Shown here piece by piece: positions 1 through 9,562 of a stretch of 64,000 nucleotides of DNA. The notes beneath the pieces were generated by a model. It was not told where the DNA came from, did not search any database, and saw only the letters and a program-made list of their open reading frames with translations. Every line of letters starts with the position of its first letter. Position 1 is the first letter of the stretch. This DNA comes from Candidatus Latescibacterota bacterium (GTDB lineage Bacteria > Latescibacterota > UBA2968 > UBA8231). The stretch covers positions 2,272,001-2,336,000 of the forward strand of contig OZ253462.1 in the NCBI GenBank assembly GCA_965261395.1, read 5' to 3'. A program made the translations under genes and the position numbers.

Positions 1-489
1 GAGGCTGTAGGAGTCCTTCATGGTGAACTCGCGCACCCGGATAAGGCCCGAGCGGGGGCGGGGATCGTCGCGCCACTTGGTCTGGATATGATAGACTAAC
101 TGGGGCAGTTGCTTATAGGATTTGATCTCGCGGCTGACTAAGTCGGCTACGACTTCCTCATGGGTCATCGCCAGCACCATGTCGCGCTCGTTTTTGTCTT
201 GGAAGCGACCCATCTCCGTGCCGACCGCGTACCAGCGCCCCGTCCGCTGCCAGAGTTCGGCCGGATGCACCACCGGCATGGTGAGTTCCTGGCCGCCGAT
301 GGCGTCTATCTCGCGGCGGATAATGTCCTCGATTTTGCGCATGGACCGCTGCGCCAGGGGCAAATAGCTGAAGATGCCGCTGGCCAATGGGCGGATAAAG
401 CCGGCCCGTAACAAGAGCTGGTGGCTGGCGACCTCCACGTCGGCAGTAACTTCGCGCAAGGTCTGGCTAAAAAGCCGACTCATTCGCAT
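1..489 (-). CDS. proS: Proline--tRNA ligase, N-terminal part (runs off window start)
   Basis: Manual translation [13 protein letters not shown]...[11 protein letters not shown]...THEE...[31 protein letters not shown] matches class II ProRS motifs 1/2. Not in the ORF track because it is truncated. Confidence 0.95.
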   Translation of the reverse strand, partial: MRMSRLFSQTLREVTADVEVASHQLLLRAGFIRPLASGIFSYLPLAQRSMRKIEDIIRREIDAIGGQELTMPVVHPAELWQRTGRWYAVGTEMGRFQDKNERDMVLAMTHEEVVADLVSREIKSYKQLPQLVYHIQTKWRDDPRPRSGLIRVREFTMKDSYSL

Positions 490-592
490 TTCACAATCCT
501 CTCTGTCTATTCTGTGTGCTAGTTGGTAACGTAGCGCATCGGGCCGTTGCACTCAATTGCCATAAGAAATCTGCTGGGAGTCGTTTCAATGC

Positions 593-1294
593 TTAAAGTC
601 CCCGATTGAGGACCACCGCACGCATCGCCCGATACATGCACGACAGCGACACCAGCACCCAAATCAAGGCAATCAAATACGCCAGATAGGGCACCTGCAA
701 CGGATCCAGCCCCCAATAGGCCGACAGTATCCCGGCGTCCGTCCGCTCTGTATAGTACCACAGGTCGGTGCGGAAATCGTAGAGACTGTACAGGCAGAGC
801 ATCACTCCCATCCACACCGCGCCGATGCTCGCCATTCGCTTCGACTTGCAGGCCATGATGCACAAGACTAGCCCGCCGCCGATCCCCAACACGGAATCGA
901 TCCCCCCCCACGGCGTGTAGTACAGGGTCATCCCCGCGCAGGCCGCGCCAATGCACAGCAACACCAACCGCTGCGCCTGCGGATAAAGCGCGGTGTACAT
1001 CAGCAACGCCCCCCACAGCGCCGACCCCACGTAGCCTGCCGCGCTAATCAGCGGGAAAAAACCACCCTTGGTCAGGGTGTGCCCGGACTCGTTCCAATGG
1101 GTGCGGATTTCGAGGACCTCGCCGCCGGTGAGCAGAGCCGCTGCCGCGTGATTGACCTCGTGTACCAACACCACAAAGAAGCGGAACGGCTTAATCAGCG
1201 CGGTATCCCAAAAGGCCAGCGCCAGCCCTGTGCAAAGGAGATAGTAGCGAAATTGCCAGAAGACCCCGGCGATGTAGTGGATGCGGCGGAACAT
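593..1294 (-). CDS. M50B-like membrane metallopeptidase
   Basis: HEVNH zinc motif, AGYVG, multiple TM segments, TDA motif; starts 5 bp after the thrS stop. Confidence 0.8.
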   Translation of the reverse strand: MFRRIHYIAGVFWQFRYYLLCTGLALAFWDTALIKPFRFFVVLVHEVNHAAAALLTGGEVLEIRTHWNESGHTLTKGGFFPLISAAGYVGSALWGALLMYTALYPQAQRLVLLCIGAACAGMTLYYTPWGGIDSVLGIGGGLVLCIMACKSKRMASIGAVWMGVMLCLYSLYDFRTDLWYYTERTDAGILSAYWGLDPLQVPYLAYLIALIWVLVSLSCMYRAMRAVVLNRGL

Positions 1295-1299
1295 CGCCG

Positions 1300-3213
1300 C
1301 TAGGCACTAATCTCAGCGCCGATCAGCGCTACGGCCTCGGCTACTGGGAGCGGGTCGAGCTGCTCGCCGGATCGCTGCCGGATTGCCACCTTACCTTCTT
1401 CGACTTCGCGGTCTCCGGCGATTAGCATATAGGGAACCTTCTGCGTCTGCGCTTGGCGGATGCGCTTGTTGAGGGTCTCGCTGGCCGCGTCGAGTTCGGC
1501 CCGGACCCCGGTGGCGAAAAGCTGCTGGTGGAGTTGGCTCCCGTACTCGGCGTGGCGCTCGGCAATGGGCAGTACCACCGCTTGCACGGGTGCCAACCAC
1601 ACCGGGAACGCGCCAGCGTAGTGTTCGATCAAAAAGCCGATAAAGCGCTCGTGCGTGCCCAGCGGTGCCCGGTGGATGCAGATGGGTGTCTCTTCTTCGC
1701 CCGCCGCGCTGGTGTAGGTCAAGCCAAAGCGACCGGGCACGGCGAAATCTACTTGGTTGGTGGCAATCGTAAACTGCCGCCCGATGGCGCTCCAAACCTC
1801 GACGTCGATCTTGGGGCCATAGAAGGCGGCCTCGTCGGGCACCTCCTCGTAGTTGATCCCTCCCTTCGCCATTGCGCCGCGCACCATGTCCTCAGTGCGG
1901 AGCCACTTCTCGCGGTCATCAACGTACTTTGCCCCTAGGCCCGAGGATGCGTGAGTGCTCAGACGCATCAGGTAATTCTCCAAGCCGAACAGCTCGAAAT
2001 AGCGCAGATACATCTGGCAGACGGCGAGGAATTCCTCCTCGAATTGGTCGAGGGTGCAGTAGATGTGCGCGTCGTTCATCTGCAACGAGCGCACTCGCAT
2101 CAAGCCGAACAACTCGCCCGACTGCTCGTAGCGATAGCACGTGCCATACTCGGCCAGCCGCAGGGGCAGGTCGCGGTACGAGCGCGGGGCAGCGGCGAAA
2201 ATTTTGTGGTGGTGGGGACAGTTCATGGGCTTGAGGTAGTACTTGACCCCCTCCAACTCCATGGGCGGAAACATCGACGCGGCATAGTACGGCAAGTGCC
2301 CGCTGCGCTTATACATGGATTCCTTGCAGATATGCGGCGTGCGCACCCGCTGATAGCCGGCCTCGCGCTCGGTCTTGCGGGCCAAGTCCTCCAGTTCGTC
2401 GATGAGTACCGTTCCCTTGGGAAGCCACAGGGGCAAACCCGGCCCCACTTCGTCGTCAAAAGTGAACAACTCCAGTTGCTTGCCCAGCGTGCGGTGGTCG
2501 CGCTTTTTGGCCTCCTCCAGCATCGCCAGATGGTGGTCGAGGGCTTCGCGGGTGGCAAAGGCCGTGCCGTAGATCCGCTGTAACATCTTGCGGCTCTCGT
2601 CGCCGCGCCAATAGGCCCCAGCCACGCTCAGGAGCTTGAAGTGTTTGATTTGGCCGGTGCCGAGCATGTGCGGCCCCCGGCACAAGTCGATGAACTCGCC
2701 GTCTTTGTAAAAGGACAAGGTCTGGCCTTCTTCCAAGTCGGCGAGGATCTCTTGTTTGTAGGGAGCGTTGGCGACCATCTCTTTCGCTTCTTGGCGCGCA
2801 ACATCGATCCGCTCGAACCGGTGATTTTGTTTGACGACCCGCTTCATCTCCCGTTCGATCTTCTGCAAGTCTTCGGGCGTAAAAGGCGCGGCAACGTCGA
2901 AGTCGTAGTAGAAGCCGTCGTCAATGGCCGGGCCGATTGCCAGTTGTGCGTCCGGGAAGAGGCGCAACACCGCTTGCGCCAACACGTGCGACATGCTGTG
3001 GCGGTAGATCCAAGCCGCCTCGTCCGCATCCCAGGGAATAAGCTCGACTTCCGCCTCGCTGCCGAGCCGGGTGTGGAAGTCCACGCGCTCGTCATCGGCG
3101 CGGGCGGCAATGTATTGCTTCAACAGCGCCTTGTCCTCTTGGACGAGGATCTCCTTGAGCGTGCCCTCGCCGGGGTATTCGATGGCTTGTCCTTGGGGGA
3201 CCTTGATCAGCAT
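1300..3213 (-). CDS. thrS: Threonine--tRNA ligase
   Basis: HSMSH editing motif, DLCRGPH, KPMNCPHH, FYGPKID, anticodon domain; start moved to MLIKV, which follows AAGGAG. Confidence 0.97.
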   Translation of the reverse strand: MLIKVPQGQAIEYPGEGTLKEILVQEDKALLKQYIAARADDERVDFHTRLGSEAEVELIPWDADEAAWIYRHSMSHVLAQAVLRLFPDAQLAIGPAIDDGFYYDFDVAAPFTPEDLQKIEREMKRVVKQNHRFERIDVARQEAKEMVANAPYKQEILADLEEGQTLSFYKDGEFIDLCRGPHMLGTGQIKHFKLLSVAGAYWRGDESRKMLQRIYGTAFATREALDHHLAMLEEAKKRDHRTLGKQLELFTFDDEVGPGLPLWLPKGTVLIDELEDLARKTEREAGYQRVRTPHICKESMYKRSGHLPYYAASMFPPMELEGVKYYLKPMNCPHHHKIFAAAPRSYRDLPLRLAEYGTCYRYEQSGELFGLMRVRSLQMNDAHIYCTLDQFEEEFLAVCQMYLRYFELFGLENYLMRLSTHASSGLGAKYVDDREKWLRTEDMVRGAMAKGGINYEEVPDEAAFYGPKIDVEVWSAIGRQFTIATNQVDFAVPGRFGLTYTSAAGEEETPICIHRAPLGTHERFIGFLIEHYAGAFPVWLAPVQAVVLPIAERHAEYGSQLHQQLFATGVRAELDAASETLNKRIRQAQTQKVPYMLIAGDREVEEGKVAIRQRSGEQLDPLPVAEAVALIGAEISA

Positions 3214-3231
3214 GACGTGCTCCTTGGCATG

Positions 3232-3264
3232 AAAAAACCCGCTGTCATCACGGCCGACAGCGGG
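3232..3264 (-). terminator. Intrinsic terminator (attenuator) upstream of thrS
   Basis: On the minus strand: CCCGCTGTC-N9-GACAGCGGG followed by TTTTTT, ending ~19 bp before the thrS start. Confidence 0.88.
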
Positions 3265-3295
3265 GAGAGGTTGCAAAACAAACTTTAGTCCGTCG

Positions 3296-3403
3296 CTATC
3301 CGGCGCACATGGTCGTCGTAGTCGTAGCAGTGGTAGGAGTCGGCCCCGACGGGAAACCGCTGAGGCGCTGTGCGGATGCGACTGTAAGCATAGCGGAAAT
3401 CAT
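3296..3403 (-). CDS. Thr-rich leader peptide (35 aa; alternative start 3391)
   Basis: MISAMLTVASAQRLSGFPSGPTPTTATTTTTMCAG*; 8 Thr in 10 consecutive codons; stop lies 31 bp before the terminator stem. Confidence 0.85.
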   Translation of the reverse strand: MISAMLTVASAQRLSGFPSGPTPTTATTTTTMCAG

Positions 3404-3445
3404 GTTTTATAAAATACCGGCAGGGTTTCGATTGTGCAAGAGCCG

Positions 3446-4936
3446 TTAGGCCAGCTCGTAGTGGGTGCGATCGGGTAGGAGCACTGGCTGTCCATCCTCG
3501 GTGTTGATGCTCCAGTCTGCTAGCCGCAGGCGCATGTCTGCGAGGGCGTCGCGGTGTTGCTCCTCGTCGATCACATTGACCAATTCGTTTGGATCGGCGA
3601 CGAGGTCGTAGAGTTCGTCGCGGTCTCCCATGGGGTCGTGGACGTACTTCCACTGGCGGGTGCGGACCATCTTGCACCGGCCGGCCGCCTCGCGCCACTG
3701 CAAAGTGTCGATCAGGGTTTTGCGACCATAGGGTTGAGGCAGCTTTTCCAAGTCGGCCATGGTAAAGAGCGGCCCTCCGCTGCCGTATTCGGAAAAGGTC
3801 GCGTCCCGGGGCGCGGCGTCGGTCGCGGTGGGTAGTGGCATTCCGTGCATGGCGCGCGGCTGCTCCAATCCCTGCAAGTGCAATAGCGTCGGCACCACGT
3901 CGATCAGATTGGCCATGCTTTGGTCGCGCACTCCGGCGGCGACCTGCCCAGGCCAAGAGACGATCAGCGGCACCCGCGTCAGGCTGTCGTAGAAGACCCC
4001 GCCCTTGCACTGCATGGCGTGTTCGCCCATGAAGTCGCCGTGGTCCGAACAAAAGACCACAATCGTCTGCTCCCGCAGCCCCAGTTCGTCGAGCTTGTCG
4101 AGTATCTGGCCGAGCGCGTCGTCGATAAAACGCACCATGCCAAAGTACGAGGCCATGACGCCGTAGAGGTCTTCGGGCGGATCGCGGCGCACCCCCAGCA
4201 TTTGGTAGAGTGCCCGATTGCGTTCGGGGGCGCGCTCGTCGTCGAATTCGTCGTCGCGCCAGGGAGGCAGGTCAATGGCCGTCGGCGGAAATAGGGACGC
4301 GTACTCGGCTGGGCACAGCCACGGCTCGTGCGGGTCGGGAAAGGAAACCCACAGGGCAAAGGGCTGGTCTTGGTGCTTTTCGAGAAAGCGCGTCGTCTGT
4401 CCGGCGATTAGCCCGGTGGAGTGGTCCTCTAACGGCAGCTCGGAGGTGCCGTAGCTAAAGCGGGGGTTCTGGTGAGCGAGTTGGCGATGCTCGGCGGCGA
4501 CTTTGCGGCGACCTTCTTCTGGCCGGAACCAGTCCATGCCCCGCGTCTGTGGCCCTTCGTCGCGCCCGCCGTGGGTAAAGGCATTCCACACGTCGAAGAG
4601 CGCCAAATCCTCTTCCCGCTGGAAGCAGTGGTTTTTGCCGATTAGGCCCGTGGCGTAGCCGGCTGCTTTCCAAAGCTGCCAGGCGTGCTCGGCACCGGCC
4701 GGCATCAAGGTCTGGTTGCGCCGGCCGCCGTGCGAGTGGGGAAATTGCGAGGTCCAAAACGAAATGCGCGCTGGCACGCAGAGCGGGTGCGGGGTGATTG
4801 CGTTCTCAAAGAGCACTCCGTCGGCGGCTAGACGTTCCATTGACGGGGTTTGGCAGAAGGTGTTGCCGTAGAGGTGGCTGGCCGTGGCGCGCTGTTGGTC
4901 GGTCATTATGACGAGGATGTTGGGGCGGTCGGTCAT
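3446..4936 (-). CDS. Sulfatase (FGly type, choline-sulfatase-like)
   Basis: PNILVIMTDQ, CVPAR (CxPxR), GKNH, DPHEP, SDHG. Confidence 0.9.
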   Translation of the reverse strand: MTDRPNILVIMTDQQRATASHLYGNTFCQTPSMERLAADGVLFENAITPHPLCVPARISFWTSQFPHSHGGRRNQTLMPAGAEHAWQLWKAAGYATGLIGKNHCFQREEDLALFDVWNAFTHGGRDEGPQTRGMDWFRPEEGRRKVAAEHRQLAHQNPRFSYGTSELPLEDHSTGLIAGQTTRFLEKHQDQPFALWVSFPDPHEPWLCPAEYASLFPPTAIDLPPWRDDEFDDERAPERNRALYQMLGVRRDPPEDLYGVMASYFGMVRFIDDALGQILDKLDELGLREQTIVVFCSDHGDFMGEHAMQCKGGVFYDSLTRVPLIVSWPGQVAAGVRDQSMANLIDVVPTLLHLQGLEQPRAMHGMPLPTATDAAPRDATFSEYGSGGPLFTMADLEKLPQPYGRKTLIDTLQWREAAGRCKMVRTRQWKYVHDPMGDRDELYDLVADPNELVNVIDEEQHRDALADMRLRLADWSINTEDGQPVLLPDRTHYELA

Positions 4937-4955
4937 GGAGGGTTCCTTTGTGTGG

Positions 4956-5011
4956 ATTGGACGCAGGAAGTAAGAGGGCGATTGCTCATAGCGGCGTCCA
5001 TTTGTCGATTA
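4956..5011. repeat. Hairpin boundary element A (TGGACGC...GCGTCCA-TTTGTCGATTA)
   Basis: 7-bp inverted arms at 4958-4964 and 4994-5000; the right arm plus tail matches 8158-8175 at 16/18. Confidence 0.5.
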
Positions 5012-6026
5012 TACTAGCGGCTATTTCATTGAATTCAATCAAGTGAAGCCCGTTGTTCAATAGCCCAGCCTTGATAACTCGGAATGACTAACCAACGCGT
5101 CACCTCATCACCGCGAGGGGTGAGCTCCCCGGATTCATCAACACAATTCATGGTAAAAACGAACTGGTCATTACGTTTTTCACCGTCCACGCAAAAAATG
5201 AGATCGACCGTAATATTTGTTATGGCGGATGTATTATCTATAATGCGAATGATGGCCGCATCAATCAGTGTCAGATCTTGCATCGTCTCACGAATTTCTC
5301 CGGCACGTCGGCTAATCGCGCGGTTGTCAAAGTAAACCGTCAACGCGCCCATACATCCAAAGTTGTTCTTCTTCCAAGCCCGCAAGAATTCAACGAGCGC
5401 TGCTTCCGGCTCACCCGAGTTGAAGGAGGCAATCTCAGACTCCGCAAGCACATTGATCCATCCCTCGAAAACCGGCCGAGGCGTCCATGCCTCAATACGC
5501 TCGCTTAGTTCTTTCGTCTGGACGTAGTTGGTGAATGTTTCGGAAAGAGATGGATTAGATGGAGGGTTCAGAGCCTCTTCCGCTTCACGAGCACGAATGA
5601 CGTCGGCAATATTGCTTAAGAAAGACCAGCATTTCGCGGTGACCAGTCGGTTGCCATATCCAAGGTCGCGGCCATGGAGGATACCATTTCGATAGGGAAA
5701 GCTGATGTGTTTTCTTGTCGTTTTGCGTCGGGTGCGGCACATCTCGCGGATCAGTTTCGGTAAAGCGTCTGGCTGTCCAGCGAGGGAATGAAGTTCTTCG
5801 AGGTTTACGCCCTCGCTGAATATTGATTTCTGGAACACATCCTCTCCGACCCCATCCGCAACGATGAACAACAAAGGCGCTGCGGCAAGATAACGAGTCT
5901 CTTGGGTCAACGTAAGCGCTTCCTGAAGTTGCTCTCTGCGAAGCTCGAACCCTTTCGTCTGACAAAGATGCTTTACAACAAAATGTAGCCTCTCACCTTC
6001 ATAATCAGTTGCTAATAGATCTTCGG

Positions 6027-7211
6027 GGCTTTGGTGCATGAATTGGTGTTTTTTTCGGTTGATCGGTTGAATAAAAACAGGCTCCTCAGTAGATTGAGCA
6101 CGACTTTCGCCAAAAAACCCATGCTTTCTCGTCCAAGGAACCTGTCATGGCCAACCTATCGTCTTGCCCCTCTTCCGTCAAGCCTGGTCGCTCGCCTCGC
6201 CGTCGCTCCAACGTCGTGTACCGGGTACGTAATTGGGCCGACTATGAGGCCGGGCTGCAACAGCGCGGTAGTCTGACGGTGTGGTTCACGCCCCAGGCCG
6301 TCGAAGCTTGGTATTATCAAGGGCCGCCTCAGCGGGGGGCGCAATATACCTTTTCGGAGGTCGCCATCCAAACGGCGTTGACGCTGCGTCTTTTGTATCA
6401 CTTGCCCCTACGCCAAACCGAGGGGTTTGTCGCTTCGGTGTTGGCCCTGATGGGCTTGGATCTGCGGGTGCCCGATCACACGACCCTGTCGCGCCGTCAG
6501 GCGGGTTTAGCCGTGGCGTGGCCGCCCCAGCGGGGAGACCAACCGATGCACTTGGTGGTGGATTCGACCGGGCTGAAAGTGTATGGCGAAGGCGAATGGA
6601 AGGTGCGTCAGCACGGCTGGAGCAAGCGGCGCACGTGGCGCAAATTGCACCTCGGGGTTAATGAAGCCACCGGCGAGATCGTCGCGCAGACCTTGACGAC
6701 GAATAGCCACGATGATGCGGGGCAGGTGGAGCCGTTGCTGGCACAGATCGAGGCCCCCGTGGAGGCGTTGGGCGGCGATGGGGCCTATGACAAACGCAAG
6801 GTGTTCAAGGCGTTGGCCGCGCCCGAGCAGGGGGCACCTATTCATCCGATCATTCCGCCGCGCAAGGACGCCAAAATCGAGCAACATGGCAACACCAACG
6901 CCGAGCCGTTGCCCCGCGATGAGACGATTCGAGCCATCCGCAAACGGGGCCGTCGAGGTTGGAAACACGAGAGCGGCTATCATCGACGCTCGGTAGCCGA
7001 AACGCAGATAGGCCGCTACAAACAGATACTTGGTGACACCTTGCGCACCCGAACCCTAACCAACCAACAGACCGAAGCGCGGTTGGGCTGTGCCTTGCTC
7101 AACCGGATGCGGGCGTTGGCGAAACCTGAGTCCTATCCGCTAACCAAAAAAGCGTAAATCACACGCGAAAGAAGCCAACACGGCCCCGACCGGTTTTCAT
7201 GCAACAAAGCC
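6027..7211 (+). mobile_element. IS5-family (IS903-group) insertion sequence, 1185 bp
   Basis: TIRs GGCTTTGGTGCATGAA (6027-6042) and TTCATGCAACAAAGCC (7196-7211), 15/16 match; 9-bp TSD GATCTTCGG at 6018-6026 and 7212-7220. Confidence 0.95.
6147..7157 (+). CDS. IS5/IS903-group DDE transposase
   Basis: NWADYEAGLQQRGSLTVW, DSTGLKVYGEGEW, WRKLHL, GDGAYD, YHRRSVAET. Confidence 0.95.
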   Translation: MANLSSCPSSVKPGRSPRRRSNVVYRVRNWADYEAGLQQRGSLTVWFTPQAVEAWYYQGPPQRGAQYTFSEVAIQTALTLRLLYHLPLRQTEGFVASVLALMGLDLRVPDHTTLSRRQAGLAVAWPPQRGDQPMHLVVDSTGLKVYGEGEWKVRQHGWSKRRTWRKLHLGVNEATGEIVAQTLTTNSHDDAGQVEPLLAQIEAPVEALGGDGAYDKRKVFKALAAPEQGAPIHPIIPPRKDAKIEQHGNTNAEPLPRDETIRAIRKRGRRGWKHESGYHRRSVAETQIGRYKQILGDTLRTRTLTNQQTEARLGCALLNRMRALAKPESYPLTKKA

Positions 7212-7554
7212 GATCTTCGGCATCGTCAACGCGGCAGTCCTTGTGGGCGGCAAGTGCCGCCTTTGCCGTCTCAATATTTGTGGACTCAGAAATGAGCCAG
7301 CCGAGTTCAGAGAAGGCTTCATGGAATTCCTCAATCAATTTGGCAAGCTTGGTCGCTTGCTGCTTCGAATCCTTCAAATCAGCAACGATGGTCTTTAGGT
7401 GATCACCGCCTATGCCAAATCGCGAAAGCAGTGCCAGGAATGGTTCGAGATGTCCGATTGCGCGGACTAGGTTGATCTGTTCTTGAAACGCTGGAGGGAG
7501 TGGAAGCTTACGATTTCGTGACATCAATTCTCAGCAGAAGGTAATGTTTGATAC

Positions 7555-7785
7555 TCATGCGCTAGGCAGTGGAACTTCCCGTTCTCCGACCCGCCATGCT
7601 GCGTAGGCTAGCGCCTGATCGATGTCTTCCTGTTCAAGATAAGGGTAGGCGCTCAGGATTTCCTCGGAGGACCGGCCGGCTGCCAAGAGACCCACGATGG
7701 TTCCAACCGTCACGCGTAGCCCCCGGATACATGCCTTGCCGCCCATAACGGCAGGGTCGAGCGTGATTCTCGATAGTCCTTCCAT
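7555..7785 (-). CDS. DUF433 domain protein (antitoxin-like, orphan)
   Basis: RITLDPAVMGGKACIRGLRVTV...EEILSAYPYLEQEDIDQALAYAA is the DUF433 pattern; no cognate PIN gene downstream. Confidence 0.9.
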   Translation of the reverse strand: MEGLSRITLDPAVMGGKACIRGLRVTVGTIVGLLAAGRSSEEILSAYPYLEQEDIDQALAYAAWRVGEREVPLPSA

Positions 7786-7890
7786 GATCCGTTTCTCCTA
7801 TTCAATCGCGCTCCAATTAATCCGAACCGCATCGACCCTATTAGTTACGCCTAGGGACTTTTCCCAGTCAACAGCCTCTTTGGAAGTGCC

Positions 7891-8103
7891 CTACCGCTCC
7901 CACAATTCGCTCAACGGCATGGTGAGTATGCGCTCGTCGGCCAATGGGAGCTTGTCGCGACCGGCGTAGAGTAGCACCCCAGACTCGAAATCCTCGCCGC
8001 AGCGATCAGCCAGCCGCACAAGCCCTTGCCCGTCTTTGGAGGTGAGCGCATTGGCGGCTTTGACCTCAATGCCCCAAGTCTTCCGGCCCCGAGTAAGGAC
8101 TAG
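7891..8103 (-). pseudogene. C-terminal remnant of an AAA+/DUF4143 ATP-binding protein
   Basis: Manual translation LVLTRGRKTWGIEVKAANALTSKDGQGLVRLADRCGEDFESGVLLYAG...MPLSELWER*; no start codon, 5' part missing. Confidence 0.75.
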
Positions 8104-8195
8104 ACTAAAGCCTCCCGTAGGACGGGTGCCAGCGAGCGGGGAAACAGGGAGCGACCAGCGTCCAATTGTCGGTTAGAGGAGCGTCCAATTGTCGA
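8103..8195. repeat. Hairpin boundary element B plus a tandem 15-bp direct repeat
   Basis: AGCGTCCAATTGTCG at 8157-8171 and 8180-8194; GGACG (8120-8124) can pair with CGTCC (8159-8163). Confidence 0.6.
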
Positions 8196-8206
8196 ATGTT
8201 ACTGTC

Positions 8207-9547
8207 TCAGGTAAACATAATCCTGCCGTCTTGGAGGGGCATGTAGATGGAGTGCGCAGCGTGAACTTGCCAAGCTGCATGCGCTGCAAGACGCTGCACA
8301 GTCTCCGGGGACAAGGCAGTGAATCCAGTCTTCACTGTGTTCATCCTGTGAGCAGCATTATCTCCTCCTAGTTGCGCGTGGTACTCTTTCGCAGCAGTGA
8401 AGTCGCAGCCAACTCCTTCCAAGTAGGCGACGATACGTGCGGGATCGTCATTCGAAGGAATCGTGGCTTCGGACTCCCCAGCATGCTCGCCGAGCTCCAC
8501 GAGCCTCCATCTCGGAATTGAACTAAAGAAGGAGTTCCAACTCTGTGCCACGCGAACAAACAAGAGTGCTCGCCGTCTGCGTTTCGGCTCTTGGTCCAAG
8601 TAGCTCGCTATCCCCTTGTTCGGCACGATTGAGCCACGTCGCAACTCTTCGGCGAGCCAAGAGTGAATCAATTGATCGTGGATCTCCTGTCTTGCCCAGC
8701 GGTTCTGCTTGTCGTTCATCACTAGCATGAGCCGATCAAGGGTCCGTCCACTTAAGAGCCACATGAAGAAACCCCTGACCGAACCAACAAGCCCTCGATT
8801 CTGCCAAGGTCGGTCATGGACACCCGCATCGCTCACAACAAGGTTCCATGAGGCATAGCGTCGGCTCTTCAAAAGAGTCTGAATGCCGAGATTCTCAAGC
8901 ACACCACCGTCGGTAAGGTAAATTTTCTTCGCTCCAGCCAATGAGTCCCTAAATTGCGTTCCGGGTGGGAAGTCTCTCAGTTGCAAGGTTAGCGGTGGAA
9001 GGCCGATTGGGAACGCAGCGGAGGCAGCGACAGCACGCGCTAAGGGAAAATTGCTCCAAGGCACTACATGGGATGGTCTAGCTCCGGGGACAGTAATTCC
9101 CCAGGCAGAGAATCCGTCCCGTGAAAACTTAGCTATCTGACCGTTGTTCAATACCGTCGTGTTTATACACAAAGCCGGGCGTTCAGGCAGACGCTCTAGC
9201 GTAACTCCCTGTAACAAAACGCGATCGAAGGTATCCGCGAGCAAATGAGTTCGCGAGTACGGTACTTTAGGGATCAGCACGCGGAGCAGAGACGGCCTGA
9301 TCGACCTAGCAATGAACCCGCACAAAAGTTCTTTCTGGATACTATCAGTGAACTCCCTTACACTCTGTCCATCTACCTTTGCTGCCATCCAAGCAGCACC
9401 AAAGAGTGATCCGCCAGATACCGTAGAAACAACATCTATCTTGTCAATTAGATTCAGTTCCGAAAGCGCAGAGATCGTTCCACAATGAAATGCTGCGGCG
9501 CGAGACCCGCCTCCAGACAACGCAAGTCCGAGATCGTACATGAGCAC
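8207..9547 (-). CDS. Patatin-like phospholipase
   Basis: ALSGGGSRAA oxyanion loop, STVSGGS nucleophile elbow, AASAAFP, TDGGVLEN. Confidence 0.92.
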   Translation of the reverse strand: MLMYDLGLALSGGGSRAAAFHCGTISALSELNLIDKIDVVSTVSGGSLFGAAWMAAKVDGQSVREFTDSIQKELLCGFIARSIRPSLLRVLIPKVPYSRTHLLADTFDRVLLQGVTLERLPERPALCINTTVLNNGQIAKFSRDGFSAWGITVPGARPSHVVPWSNFPLARAVAASAAFPIGLPPLTLQLRDFPPGTQFRDSLAGAKKIYLTDGGVLENLGIQTLLKSRRYASWNLVVSDAGVHDRPWQNRGLVGSVRGFFMWLLSGRTLDRLMLVMNDKQNRWARQEIHDQLIHSWLAEELRRGSIVPNKGIASYLDQEPKRRRRALLFVRVAQSWNSFFSSIPRWRLVELGEHAGESEATIPSNDDPARIVAYLEGVGCDFTAAKEYHAQLGGDNAAHRMNTVKTGFTALSPETVQRLAAHAAWQVHAAHSIYMPLQDGRIMFT

Positions 9548-9562
9548 TTACCGATGGACCTT

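Larger units (their letters stand above)
5035..7527 (-). pseudogene. IS-disrupted ~432 aa protein with an RxxxxH (HEPN-like) motif
   Basis: Removing the IS and one TSD joins ...CRVDDAED to LLATDYEG... in frame (1299 bp); contains RNGILHG. Confidence 0.8.

Noticed and set aside
490-592. Pro-rich leader or T-box upstream of proS
   Set aside because: The short ORF there has a single Pro and there is no terminator or T-box motif.
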